From a virus (taxonomy: Duplodnaviria; Heunggongvirae; Uroviricota; Caudoviricetes), in IMG/VR virus record IMGVR_UViG_2799113165_000002, positions 1 through 64,000 of that record: a stretch of 64,000 nt of DNA, one strand, 5' to 3'. A program made the position numbers and the translations under genes. The notes under the pieces are model-generated. The model saw nothing but the letters and a program-made list of their open reading frames with translations, searched no databases and was not told the DNA's origin. Shown piece by piece: positions 54,388 to 64,000 of this stretch; position 1 is the first letter of the stretch; every line of letters starts with the position of its first letter.

Positions 54388-57300
54388 GTCCAGCAGTCGC
54401 CGCCGTTGAACTGGCACAAGTATGGGTGCCACTCATGCCCGAGGCGTCCGGCCTCGCCGCGGGCGTCGAACGCATCGGCCGCGACGCTGAACGCCGCTTC
54501 GGGCGTGCCACCCGGACCATGGGCGCCGACATGGCCCGCAACCTGGCCGCCAGCGGTAAGTCGGCCGTCGACGCACTTCGTCAGGTCGAACGCGCCGAGA
54601 AGGCACTGGCGACTGCGAAGAAGGCAGACGCGGACGCTACCGGCCGCCTCACCGTCGCCCAGACACGACTCAACGAACTCAACGAGAAGGGCAGGGCCAC
54701 AGCCACTCAGCGGGCCACGGCTGAGGAGGGAGTGGCGCGGGCGCGGCGCGCGCAGGAGCTGTCGACACAGAACCTGACCCGCGCCACCCGGGACCTGGAG
54801 CGTGCGCAGAAGGCGCAGTCGCAGGCGTCCGGCCAGGTCAAGATGCCGTTCGGCGCCGGACTGATCATGCGGGCCGAGGCGTACGGGTCGGACTCCGGCG
54901 CCCGCTTCGCGCAGGGCTTCCAGCGCGCCCTCAACACCGGCGCAGCACTGGCCGCAGGCGGCGGCTTCATTGCCGCCGTCAAAAGCGTTGTCGACACCGG
55001 CCTTTCGTTCGACTCTGCCCTCAACACCATGCAAGGCGTCACCCGCGCCCTACCTGAACAGATAGCCGCCGTATCTCGGCGCGCCCGCGAGCTGGGCGCC
55101 GACACCCAGCTCGCCGGAGTATCGGCCTCCGACGCAGCCCAGGCGATGACCGAACTCGCCAAGGGCGGATTCGACGTCGACCAGTCCATGTCAGCGGCCC
55201 GGGGCACGCTGCAATTGGCAACCGCCGCACAGGTATCCGCAGCAGAGGCAGCCAAGATTCAGGCCAACGCCCTGCACGCCTTCGGAATGGACGCCAACCA
55301 GGCAGCCAATATGGCCGACATGTTGGCGAACGTCGCCAACGCATCCACCGGCGACATCGGCGACTTCGCCCTCGGCCTCCAACAGGCCGGTGCCGTCGCC
55401 CACGGCTTCGGGTTGACCGCCCAGGACACCATCACCGCACTCGGACTCCTGGCCAACGCCGGTATCCGCGGCTCCGATGCAGGCACCCTCATCAAGACCT
55501 CACTCCAGGCCATCACTGACCAGGGCAACCCCGCACAGGGCGCCATCGAAAGCCTGGGACTGACCCTGTACGACACCACCGGCAAGTTCGTCGGCTACCG
55601 CTCCATGCTGGAACAGGTTGCCGCAGCGTCAAAGCGGATGACCGAAGAGGAGTTCCAGGCCGACACCAACATCCTGTTCGGCTCCGACGCCATGCGCGCC
55701 GCCATGGTCGCAGCCGGTGGCGGAGTCCAGATGTTCGACGAGATGTTCCGGGCTGTCGGCCGAGCCGGTGGCGCCAGCGAGATGGCAGCCGCCCAGATGC
55801 AGGGACTACCCGGCGTCGTCGAGGGACTCAAGAACACAGCAGAGAGTGCGAAGCTGGCCCTTTACGACCTGGTTTCGCCGTCGTTGCAGTCGGCAGGTCG
55901 GGGGATGACCGGCTGGCTCGACAAGGCAGCCGACGCTATGCGTGACCTCCGCACCGGCGGTGGCGGCAGCGGTACTGCGGTCGACCAGATCCGGCAGGGC
56001 TGGCGCGACATCTCCAGCGCCGCCAAGGACCTGGCCCCCTCACTCGCTGCGGCGTCCAAGGCCATCGCAATGGGCGCCGGAGCAACTGCTGTAGCAGGTT
56101 GGCGTGCACTAGGTTTCGCCATGCAGGCGTTGGAGCCGCCGCTGAAACTGGTGGCCGACATCCTCGGCAACAACCAGTGGCTCACCACCGGTCTCGTCGC
56201 AGTCCTCACGGCGCTGTACCTCAAGTCCAAGCTGACCGGTCCCGCTCTACAGGTTGCGGCCAAGGCCACCCAGGCGTGGGGCACCGCCTTCGCCGGGTGG
56301 CGCACCCCCGCTGCGCAGGCGCAGCAGGCCATGGAGAACACGACACGCGCTGCTGGCGAATCAACACGCGCGCAACGGGGCTGGGCCACGCAGATGCGGG
56401 ACAGCTACAACCAGGCGGCCGACCGGTCCCTGTTCTTCTCCCGCACAGCCGGAACCGCCGGGGCGGCCATGACCGGCATGAAGCTCGCTGGGTCCGGGGT
56501 GCTGTCCATGCTCGGTGGTCCGTGGGGCGTCGCCGCAGCAGGTGTCGGCATTGCTATGGGCATGATCGCCGACGCCCACCAGAAGGCCGCGCAGAAGGCG
56601 CAAGAGCAGAAGCAGGCCGAGGAGGAATTGCGGGCCACCCTGGACCAGGACACCGGTCGCGTCACCGACGAAACCCGCAGGAAGGCCGCCGAGCGGTTCG
56701 GTAAGGAAGACCCTTACAAGACGACCGACATCGGGCGCGCCAAGGGCCTAGGCATCGACCCAAACATGTTGGTAGACGCTGCAACTGGAACGGGCAACGC
56801 GCAGGCGTACGACATCATCAAGAAGCTGGCACTAGACAAGGGCGTCCGGGAGGGCCTGGACAAGGTCTCCATCGCCGGGTCAGGCGGCACCAAGCTGGAC
56901 TGGAAGGTCATCCAGCAGCAGTACCAGGCCATGGGGGTGTCATCCGACGAGCTGTACAACGCGCTCCTCAAGGAGGGCAACGGCTGGGACACCGTCAACG
57001 AGAAGATAGCAAAGTACCGCACAGCCAACCCCGGTGACCAAAACCTCGTTGGACTGCAACAGATCATCGACGCAATGCCCGACGCGAATGAGTCGCTTAT
57101 CACGCTGACTCAGAACGTCAACGAGCAGCGGCGTGAGACGGACAAGGGTGCACAGTCGTTGCGGGACATGGCACAAGCCCAGTACGGCTTGTGGAAGCCG
57201 ACCGAGGAAGGCGCCGCCCGGTTCAAGGACCTGGGCGCGGCCATCGTGTCGGTACCCAACAACAAGTCCATTGATCTCAAGGTCGACCCGGCGAAGTACG

Positions 57301-59093
57301 ACGAGACGAAGAAGAAGCTCGAAGAACTTGGGTACACCGTCACGCAGCTGCCCGGCGGAATCGTAAAGGTCACCGCGGCAACCGATGAGGCGCAGAAGCG
57401 TTTCAACGACCTGGTGTACAAGGTCAACAACACGACCGCCACCCTTCCTATAGATCTCAAACTGGCCAACTCGCTCGGTGCGATCTTGCCGCCCGGATTG
57501 CAAGGCGTATTCAGTGCAGCCACCCTCGCCGGGCAGGTACCAGGCCGCGCCTCCGGTGGACATGTCGACGGCCGCGGCGTCATCAGTGGCCCCGGGACGG
57601 GCACCAGTGACTCCATCCTCGCCCGTGTAATAGGCGGTGGCGCAGGTGGATTTATCAAGGTATCCAACCGAGAGTCGATCAACACTGCGCAGTCCACACG
57701 CGACAACATGCCGCTCATCAACGCCATGAACCGCGGCTGGGTACCGTCCGCCAACTTCCTGCGAATCCTCACCGGTATACCCGGATACGCGGGCGGAGGT
57801 CCCATCTCGATAGAGGACGCAGCCAACGACATGGCGGGTGCGCCCTACGTCCGCGGCGGCCACGGCCCATCCGGTACCGACTGTTCCGGGGCCGCATCCG
57901 TCCTTGTCAACGCCGCCGTCGGGCAGCCCCTGTACGGCGAGCGGATGGCCACCGGTAACGCAGCCGATTGGCTCGCCGCCCGAGGCGCCATCATGGGCCG
58001 CGGACCAGCAGGCACCCTGCGCGTCGGATGGAAGAACGGCGGCCCCGGCGGCGGCCACATGGCCGTCACGCTGCCCGATGGCCGCAACGCTGAATCCGGC
58101 GGCAGCGTAGGCAAGTTCACCGTTGGCGCGGGCGCCGCAGGCGCCGACGACCCCCAATTCACCAACCAGGCGTACATCCCCATGAACGCCATGTACCCCG
58201 ACGGCTGGCCCAGCGGCGCAGCGGGCGGCGGCTACAGCATGTACGGCTCCGGCAGCGGTGGGGGCGGGGTAGGCGGCTACGGCGGTGGAGGAAGCGGCGG
58301 GGGAGGTGCATCCCCGGCCCAGCGACGTCAACTGCGTGACGCAGAGCAGAAGGTCCAGGACAAGCAGTTCGACATCGAGCAGGCACAACGGAAGCTCGAC
58401 GAACTCCAGGGCAAGAAGAACGTCAAGCCGTCCGAGCAGGCAGCCGCCGAGGAACGGCTATCCCGGGCGCAGCGCGAGCACAAGGACGCGCTGGACGACC
58501 TGTCCACCAAGCAGGAACAGGTCAACGACGCCGACGCCCGGGGCCGCGGTGGACGCAACGGCCAGCAACCGGGCAGCGGCCCCGACGGCAAGAGCTTCGC
58601 CAAGGACATGATGTCCGGCGCCATGGAGATGCTCGGCCTCGACGGCTCCGTCTTCTCCAACCCCATGGAGTGGGGAATCTTCAAGCTGTTCACCGGAGGC
58701 GCCAACGCCATCGGCGGAATGCTCAAGAACGCATTCGGCGGCCCGCAGCAACAGCAGCAGAACCCCTTGGGTACCCAGGCCATGCGCAACAACCGCCATG
58801 GCCCGGGCGGCGCCCCCGGACCCGGCAACGGGGGCCTTGGAGAGTTCGACTTCGGCGACGGCGGCATGGGCGTAGTCGGTGACGCACTCCAGGCGGCGCT
58901 CCCTCAGGTCGGCGACTTCCTGCCCAACAGCCAGAACCCCGGCGGGAACAACTACACGACCAACCAGAACAGCAACAACAGCAGCGCCACCGGCGCCGCG
59001 TTCTACGGCCCTGTCACCATCAACGACCCAGGAGGCCTGGTGAAGCCGCCCGACCGGATGAACACCCGGATGACGGGACTGCCTAAGCCGTGA
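54384..59093 (+). CDS. tape measure protein (1569 aa) with NlpC/P60-like peptidase segment and Gly-rich region
   Basis: Size, position and coiled-coil repeats. Segment YVRGGHGPSGTDCSGAASVLVN resembles an NlpC/P60 catalytic Cys region. GGYG/GSGGGG repeats. Confidence 0.85.
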   Translation: MSPAVAAVELAQVWVPLMPEASGLAAGVERIGRDAERRFGRATRTMGADMARNLAASGKSAVDALRQVERAEKALATAKKADADATGRLTVAQTRLNELNEKGRATATQRATAEEGVARARRAQELSTQNLTRATRDLERAQKAQSQASGQVKMPFGAGLIMRAEAYGSDSGARFAQGFQRALNTGAALAAGGGFIAAVKSVVDTGLSFDSALNTMQGVTRALPEQIAAVSRRARELGADTQLAGVSASDAAQAMTELAKGGFDVDQSMSAARGTLQLATAAQVSAAEAAKIQANALHAFGMDANQAANMADMLANVANASTGDIGDFALGLQQAGAVAHGFGLTAQDTITALGLLANAGIRGSDAGTLIKTSLQAITDQGNPAQGAIESLGLTLYDTTGKFVGYRSMLEQVAAASKRMTEEEFQADTNILFGSDAMRAAMVAAGGGVQMFDEMFRAVGRAGGASEMAAAQMQGLPGVVEGLKNTAESAKLALYDLVSPSLQSAGRGMTGWLDKAADAMRDLRTGGGGSGTAVDQIRQGWRDISSAAKDLAPSLAAASKAIAMGAGATAVAGWRALGFAMQALEPPLKLVADILGNNQWLTTGLVAVLTALYLKSKLTGPALQVAAKATQAWGTAFAGWRTPAAQAQQAMENTTRAAGESTRAQRGWATQMRDSYNQAADRSLFFSRTAGTAGAAMTGMKLAGSGVLSMLGGPWGVAAAGVGIAMGMIADAHQKAAQKAQEQKQAEEELRATLDQDTGRVTDETRRKAAERFGKEDPYKTTDIGRAKGLGIDPNMLVDAATGTGNAQAYDIIKKLALDKGVREGLDKVSIAGSGGTKLDWKVIQQQYQAMGVSSDELYNALLKEGNGWDTVNEKIAKYRTANPGDQNLVGLQQIIDAMPDANESLITLTQNVNEQRRETDKGAQSLRDMAQAQYGLWKPTEEGAARFKDLGAAIVSVPNNKSIDLKVDPAKYDETKKKLEELGYTVTQLPGGIVKVTAATDEAQKRFNDLVYKVNNTTATLPIDLKLANSLGAILPPGLQGVFSAATLAGQVPGRASGGHVDGRGVISGPGTGTSDSILARVIGGGAGGFIKVSNRESINTAQSTRDNMPLINAMNRGWVPSANFLRILTGIPGYAGGGPISIEDAANDMAGAPYVRGGHGPSGTDCSGAASVLVNAAVGQPLYGERMATGNAADWLAARGAIMGRGPAGTLRVGWKNGGPGGGHMAVTLPDGRNAESGGSVGKFTVGAGAAGADDPQFTNQAYIPMNAMYPDGWPSGAAGGGYSMYGSGSGGGGVGGYGGGGSGGGGASPAQRRQLRDAEQKVQDKQFDIEQAQRKLDELQGKKNVKPSEQAAAEERLSRAQREHKDALDDLSTKQEQVNDADARGRGGRNGQQPGSGPDGKSFAKDMMSGAMEMLGLDGSVFSNPMEWGIFKLFTGGANAIGGMLKNAFGGPQQQQQNPLGTQAMRNNRHGPGGAPGPGNGGLGEFDFGDGGMGVVGDALQAALPQVGDFLPNSQNPGGNNYTTNQNSNNSSATGAAFYGPVTINDPGGLVKPPDRMNTRMTGLPKP

Positions 59094-60103
59094 GGTTCAT
59101 CCGGCAGTCCGAGATCCCCGCCTACGACCAATGGGACAAGCTGCCGAAAGCCCTCCAGGGGCTCGACACCCGGATAGTCCACATCTCGCCCGATGGCGAC
59201 TTCACCGACATGTACGGCGGTATCAACGCCGGACGTCAGGGCGTGCAGCTGTCCGAAGACATTGAGGGCGAGCACCACTGGCCGTTTGAGCTACTGCTAA
59301 CCGAGGGCGCCTATGAGCTTGGGGCAACCGTCGAACGCGCCAACATCCTCAAACGAGAAATCAACTTCACGGTCTCCATCTGCGGTAAAGGAGTGCCGTT
59401 CAACAACTTCCAGTACCGCATGGCTGAGGACCGCTGGTTCCGCGGCCAGGACGAGAACCGTGACGGATGGCTCGGCATCTACACCCGCTTCTCCGGCTGG
59501 CGGTGGATCAGGGTCCGGCCCGCCCAGACCGTAGGCGGCAGCCAGAAGCGCGACCCCGTCGCCTTCGGAAACAACTTCGCCAAGTGGCCGATGAAGTGGC
59601 TGGCGCAGAAGCCCTACTACAGCAAGCCATCCATCTGGGCGACGTGGCAGAACAACCCCGCCACCGCAGCACAATTCGGTGGAGACGGCGAAGGCATCAT
59701 CGTGCTGCCCAACCGCGGCGACCTGGAGTCCTACACCCAATTCATAGTCCCGCCCGGACGGTGCTGGGTTGAGGACGGCGACAGCGGACGCATGGTCGAG
59801 CTACCCCTCATAGCCCCCTCCGACGGATACGTCCTCGTCGACACCGACCCCAAGGAGCGGACACTCACCGCATCCAACGACCCGGTCGACAACATCTTCT
59901 ACCAGATCGCCAGGCGCTCAAAGATACTGGACTTCCTACTGCACGACCTGGCAGCCACCGGTGAGCCGGTGTGGAAGCGATTCGACAAGCGGTTCCAAGC
60001 ATCAGTCCCATCCAGGCACGTCGCGCAGATCCGGGTTAAGCACAGCAACCCCAACGCCAAGATCACCGCGATACTGCCGCAACGCTATAAGAGGTCTCGG
60101 TAG
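59090..60103 (+). CDS. minor tail protein (distal tail protein-like)
   Basis: Position directly after the tape measure. Confidence 0.6.
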   Translation: MRFIRQSEIPAYDQWDKLPKALQGLDTRIVHISPDGDFTDMYGGINAGRQGVQLSEDIEGEHHWPFELLLTEGAYELGATVERANILKREINFTVSICGKGVPFNNFQYRMAEDRWFRGQDENRDGWLGIYTRFSGWRWIRVRPAQTVGGSQKRDPVAFGNNFAKWPMKWLAQKPYYSKPSIWATWQNNPATAAQFGGDGEGIIVLPNRGDLESYTQFIVPPGRCWVEDGDSGRMVELPLIAPSDGYVLVDTDPKERTLTASNDPVDNIFYQIARRSKILDFLLHDLAATGEPVWKRFDKRFQASVPSRHVAQIRVKHSNPNAKITAILPQRYKRSR

Positions 60104-61939
60104 GTGACTAGCGCACTCCTAGATGGCGTACAGCACGGATTAACCACAGCGCCACTGGAGTTCACGCGCTGGCTCAACGACGCCCTCGTAGACACGATGA
60201 ACCGGCCGACCAAGCCGGACCCTGCCACAGACCCCATGTCGGCCTACAAGTACCTGCGCGGCCGACGCGACGCCATTGAAGGTGCGGCACGCCAACGGCC
60301 CATGCTGCGCCTCTTCGACAAGAACATGGACCCCATCGCCCAAATCGCGGGCGAGCGGCTGGCGTCGGTCGAGGAGATGAATTCGGACTCCGGCCAGGCG
60401 AATGTCGTACTGCGGTACGACAACTGGCTCACTGACTTCATCCTCCAGCAGACGAAGATCCACGAGGACCTACACCTGGTCGTTGACCCCATCCCTACAC
60501 AGCCAACCTGGCGGACCCGGTGGGGAGGGAAGGTCACCGGCATCAACGCCAAGCGTGACTCGTCCGGCGTCCACACGCTGGAGCTGGAGGCGATCAGTAA
60601 CCGGCAGCACGCAAAGAATCTGCTCTTCGCTGCTAACCCCGTGTTTCCTCCCGAGGTCCAGCTGCCGAAAATGTGGGTGCTACCAGGCAATACGCGCACC
60701 ATCTTGTCCGCGTCCATGTTCATCAACCTGGCGCGCCTGTTCTTCCCGCTCCTGTCCATCCCAACCAACGTCTTCAACCCGTTTGGCTGGCTCAACGGAG
60801 GCATCAGCGGCCTCGACCCGCTGTCCTGGCCGCTGCAAGTCGCGTTCGTCAACCCCATCCTCGACCAGTCCCGTCTCTCCGTCATCGGTGCCGCATGGAC
60901 CGACTGGCACTCGGCGATGAACGACATGTTGAAGGACGCTGGCTGCGACTTCCGCGCCTACACCTGGCTCAAGGAAGACAAGGACTCCCCGCACACCGAA
61001 CTCGTAGACCTGGTGCGCGGCACCGTTGCTGAGGACGCCGTCAACGACGCCACTCGGCCGCACCGCAACTGCATCGTCTTCGCCATCGAGGACAAGTCTG
61101 GCGTGACCGGCCCAACCGGAACGGCCGCCGACGGCGTCATCAACCTGATCGGCGCCACGTTGGACGACATGATCACCGAAACCCTCATCAACCTCGATGA
61201 GGATGGTGACGGCGAGACCGATCCGGTGTTCCGAAAGCTGCTCGGCGTCGCACCCGAGAAGCCGAAAACCATTTGGTACGACGGCCAATTCAGCGGAATC
61301 ATCGAGTCGGAGCGCCGACAACACAAGGGGCCAGTCAAGACGGTGATGACGGGCTCCCGCAGCCCGCAGATTGTCAACCAGGCTCAGACATTTGCTATCA
61401 GATACGCGCTGTCGCAACTGGCGCAGGTAATCAACTATGCAATAGGCGCCTACCAGCAGCCGGGCACCGAAGGTCTGGACAACCTCTACCAAGGCCAGCT
61501 GGATAATACTTTGCTGGCGTGGATGCGCTTCACCGATCCGCGCCGCGCGCTCTGGACCGGCGACATGGCCTGGCAAGAGCATTTCGAGAAGGGCGGCGGC
61601 ACCGCCTACACCCTGTCCGGCGTCGTCACCATGCGCGTCGGCCACTACAAAACCCGTGCCTGGCAGGGCTTCACGGTAAAGGTCGTCAACGGCCGACCAC
61701 ATGCCATAGACATCGACATCGGCCTGGGCGACCGGGCCGGGTTCGAGCAGGGCGGCATCATCTTCGTCGACCAGATCACCGCCATAAAGCGAACGTGGTC
61801 CCGAAGTGAGCCAGTCACAGTGCAACTGGCCATCGGCGACGACAGCGACAAAGAAGACCCCGCGGCGCGGGGTCTTCGTGCATTGCAGGCCGTGTGGACG
61901 ACCCTGTCCCAATTCCTCGGCGAAGGAACCATCTTCTGA
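60104..61939 (+). CDS. minor tail protein (611 aa)
   Basis: Position and size. Confidence 0.6.
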   Translation: MTSALLDGVQHGLTTAPLEFTRWLNDALVDTMNRPTKPDPATDPMSAYKYLRGRRDAIEGAARQRPMLRLFDKNMDPIAQIAGERLASVEEMNSDSGQANVVLRYDNWLTDFILQQTKIHEDLHLVVDPIPTQPTWRTRWGGKVTGINAKRDSSGVHTLELEAISNRQHAKNLLFAANPVFPPEVQLPKMWVLPGNTRTILSASMFINLARLFFPLLSIPTNVFNPFGWLNGGISGLDPLSWPLQVAFVNPILDQSRLSVIGAAWTDWHSAMNDMLKDAGCDFRAYTWLKEDKDSPHTELVDLVRGTVAEDAVNDATRPHRNCIVFAIEDKSGVTGPTGTAADGVINLIGATLDDMITETLINLDEDGDGETDPVFRKLLGVAPEKPKTIWYDGQFSGIIESERRQHKGPVKTVMTGSRSPQIVNQAQTFAIRYALSQLAQVINYAIGAYQQPGTEGLDNLYQGQLDNTLLAWMRFTDPRRALWTGDMAWQEHFEKGGGTAYTLSGVVTMRVGHYKTRAWQGFTVKVVNGRPHAIDIDIGLGDRAGFEQGGIIFVDQITAIKRTWSRSEPVTVQLAIGDDSDKEDPAARGLRALQAVWTTLSQFLGEGTIF

Positions 61940-62550
61940 TGGCCGCCGACAGGCCAGGCAAGGCGCACCGCGTACCGGCAGACCAGGTGCCCTCACCGGC
62001 GGCCGACACTACTGCGCTGTCCCCGCGCGACGTTGCCGTCTGTGCGGCAGCTGACGACGCCGAAAATGGCGACCTCACACCAGATATGCAGGTCGGTCTC
62101 GACGCCGGACTGGACATCGAGCAGGCCGCGAAGGTCGCAGAAATGCGCGAGATACAGCGCGCATACCTGGAGCTGCTGGAGGTCATGGAGTACCCGGTCG
62201 ACCAGAACGGGCGCGTCCACGACCTCAACCACATGTCCGCCACCATCCTCGCCATCGCCTGGACCGCAGTGCTGTACGGCTTCCGCCGCACCGCCACCGC
62301 ACACATCAAGAAGCGGCGCATGCACGGCCCAGGCATCTACGAGAACGCGTGCACATGGGTGGACGTCAACGCCCCCGATGACGCCGAACGAGACCTACAG
62401 CCAGGCGATTACAGCGACGACCGACTCCGCCCACCCGACGTCCGCGGCCTAGCCGCACGCCGCGACGGCGAGGGGCCAGTCGTGACCGCCGAGTGGCACA
62501 CGAAACCAGAGGTCCGCTACACCGACGCACCCCGTCCCAAGGAGGACTAG
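61939..62550 (+). CDS. minor tail/hypothetical protein
   Basis: Position only. Confidence 0.45.
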   Translation: MAADRPGKAHRVPADQVPSPAADTTALSPRDVAVCAAADDAENGDLTPDMQVGLDAGLDIEQAAKVAEMREIQRAYLELLEVMEYPVDQNGRVHDLNHMSATILAIAWTAVLYGFRRTATAHIKKRRMHGPGIYENACTWVDVNAPDDAERDLQPGDYSDDRLRPPDVRGLAARRDGEGPVVTAEWHTKPEVRYTDAPRPKED

Positions 62551-63954
62551 ATGACCGCACCGGTACCACCCATCGGCCTGATGGTGTACCTCAAGTCCCT
62601 GCTGACGAACACCCACATCTACGCCGTGGTGTCCGACGGCGCAACACCGGACCAGTACGCGGTCACCATGGAAATCCAAGGCGATCAGGCAACTTTGGTG
62701 GTTCCGGCTCTCATGGGGCCACAGGGTCCGGCCGGTACCAACGCCTTCGCCCTGCGCCTCCAGAAGTCGATGATCGATGACCCCGAGGACCTGCCGACCA
62801 ACCTCCAGGACATCGAGGAGGACATCGGCAAGTACTGGATCATGAACCACTACGCCACCGTCAACGAGGTCCAGACGGTGACACTCAACGGCAATCCCAC
62901 CTCCTTCACCATCGCGTACGACGGCCAGCCGACCTCATCCATTGCCGGTAACGCCACCGCTCAGGCGTTCGAGGACGCGCTGGTTGCCCTGCCCAACGTC
63001 TCGACCGGCGACGTCGAGGTCGTCGGCAACCCCGGCGGCCCCTACACGGTGACCTTCGCCGGTTCCAAGGCCGGTATTGGGCAGCCGCAGATGACCGGCA
63101 CGCCCACCGGCGGCACCAGCTCCTCCGTGGTCGTGACAACCGAGCAGGAGGGCGTCACCAACCTCATCGGGTCTCGCGCCTACATCTGGTTCGGTACGGA
63201 GTACCGCATCCTGATGATGGGATCGGAAGGCCCCCCGGGGCGGGTGCCCCAGATCAGCTGGAGCGTTGAGCTTCTCCCGCCGGAGGGCGCCCAAGACTCC
63301 TACGTCCACCAGACAGGGTCGCCGTACGCGCCGTCGTGCCGCCTGTACTTGAAGGTCCCGCGGGGCCCGCAAGGCGTTGCCGCCAGCCTCGGGCAGGCCC
63401 CGGACGTCGACATGTCCACCCCGCCACAACACCTCCAGGTTCTGGGCTTCGACGAAAACATCGGGGCATCCGGTAAGTGGCGGCCCATGTCCATTGGGTC
63501 GATCCTGCCTAGGCCGTTCACGGTGCCCGAGGCAGCGTTCACCAACTTCCAGGGCTTCTCCACCCGGGCACCCATCGGGTCCTTTGCCATTCCCGCGCAA
63601 CCGTTTCCGTGGAAGCCGATTGTGTTCGGGAAGATCAAGGCGACCGGCGTGGAGCTGGATCAGGACCCGCTCATCATCGGCTGCGAGGTCCGGCTGGGAC
63701 ACCCCACCTCCGGCCAACTCATTGCCCGCGGTTTCGGCAACACCTCCCAGTGGGCGCACATGTCGCCGCACGCGTCGACGCCGTCCGACCCCACCATGGC
63801 CTTCACGCCGGACAACACCTACGCCCTGGTGCCTGCCAACCACACCGGCAACCAGGGCACCGTCTACGTCAACCTGTACAACGACGGCCTCGCCGGTGCC
63901 TACCTGTTCGACAAGGCCAACGCCCAGCTGTACGTCGAGGTCATGCCGGTCTAA
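62551..63954 (+). CDS. minor tail protein (467 aa), Gly-rich
   Basis: Position. PQGPAGTNAF and Gly-rich segments. Confidence 0.55.
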   Translation: MTAPVPPIGLMVYLKSLLTNTHIYAVVSDGATPDQYAVTMEIQGDQATLVVPALMGPQGPAGTNAFALRLQKSMIDDPEDLPTNLQDIEEDIGKYWIMNHYATVNEVQTVTLNGNPTSFTIAYDGQPTSSIAGNATAQAFEDALVALPNVSTGDVEVVGNPGGPYTVTFAGSKAGIGQPQMTGTPTGGTSSSVVVTTEQEGVTNLIGSRAYIWFGTEYRILMMGSEGPPGRVPQISWSVELLPPEGAQDSYVHQTGSPYAPSCRLYLKVPRGPQGVAASLGQAPDVDMSTPPQHLQVLGFDENIGASGKWRPMSIGSILPRPFTVPEAAFTNFQGFSTRAPIGSFAIPAQPFPWKPIVFGKIKATGVELDQDPLIIGCEVRLGHPTSGQLIARGFGNTSQWAHMSPHASTPSDPTMAFTPDNTYALVPANHTGNQGTVYVNLYNDGLAGAYLFDKANAQLYVEVMPV

Positions 63955-64000
63955 TGCCTCGGTCAGTCGATCTGGTCCCACAGAACTTCAAGACGGAATA

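Overview
Overview: this is a high-GC (~65%) actinobacteriophage genome, mycobacteriophage-like and probably siphoviral, either as a circularly permuted prophage or as a phage-genome record. Essentially every gene is phage-type, tightly packed with ATGA/GTGA start-stop overlaps.

Layout, left to right: small accessory genes and lipoproteins (1-4.7 kb); tyrosine integrase, attP-like tRNA 3'-end core and HTH repressor with a divergent Cro/Xis-like gene (4.8-6.7 kb); a long rightward early/replication block (6.7-30 kb) holding a ParB-like nuclease, KilAC antirepressor-like protein, DnaQ exonuclease, HNH endonuclease, a RecE-like exonuclease plus RecT pair, an SPFH protein, a MazG-fusion, a DUF5131 protein and a metallophosphoesterase; a leftward five-gene island (30.0-31.3 kb); then the most unusual locus (31.87-34.44 kb), a tandem array of about six permuted tRNA-like, Y-RNA-like (YrlA-type) ncRNA units directly upstream of a Ro60/Rsr (TROVE + vWA) gene; a leftward moron gene (37.8-38.4 kb); and finally the late operon from 42.5 kb to the window end (P-loop kinase-HNH fusion, ParB-DNA methyltransferase fusion, TerS, TerL, portal, prohead protease, major capsid, connector proteins, major tail, tail assembly chaperones with a -1 frameshift, a 1569-aa tape measure, minor tail proteins).

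Other signals: a 16-bp inverted repeat GTATAG-N4-CTATAC recurs at five or more promoter-proximal intergenic positions, consistent with an operator regulon. The rep 3' end is encoded by the tRNA-like core next to int, which suggests integration-dependent immunity. All calls are made by eye from the sequence; no database searches were possible.
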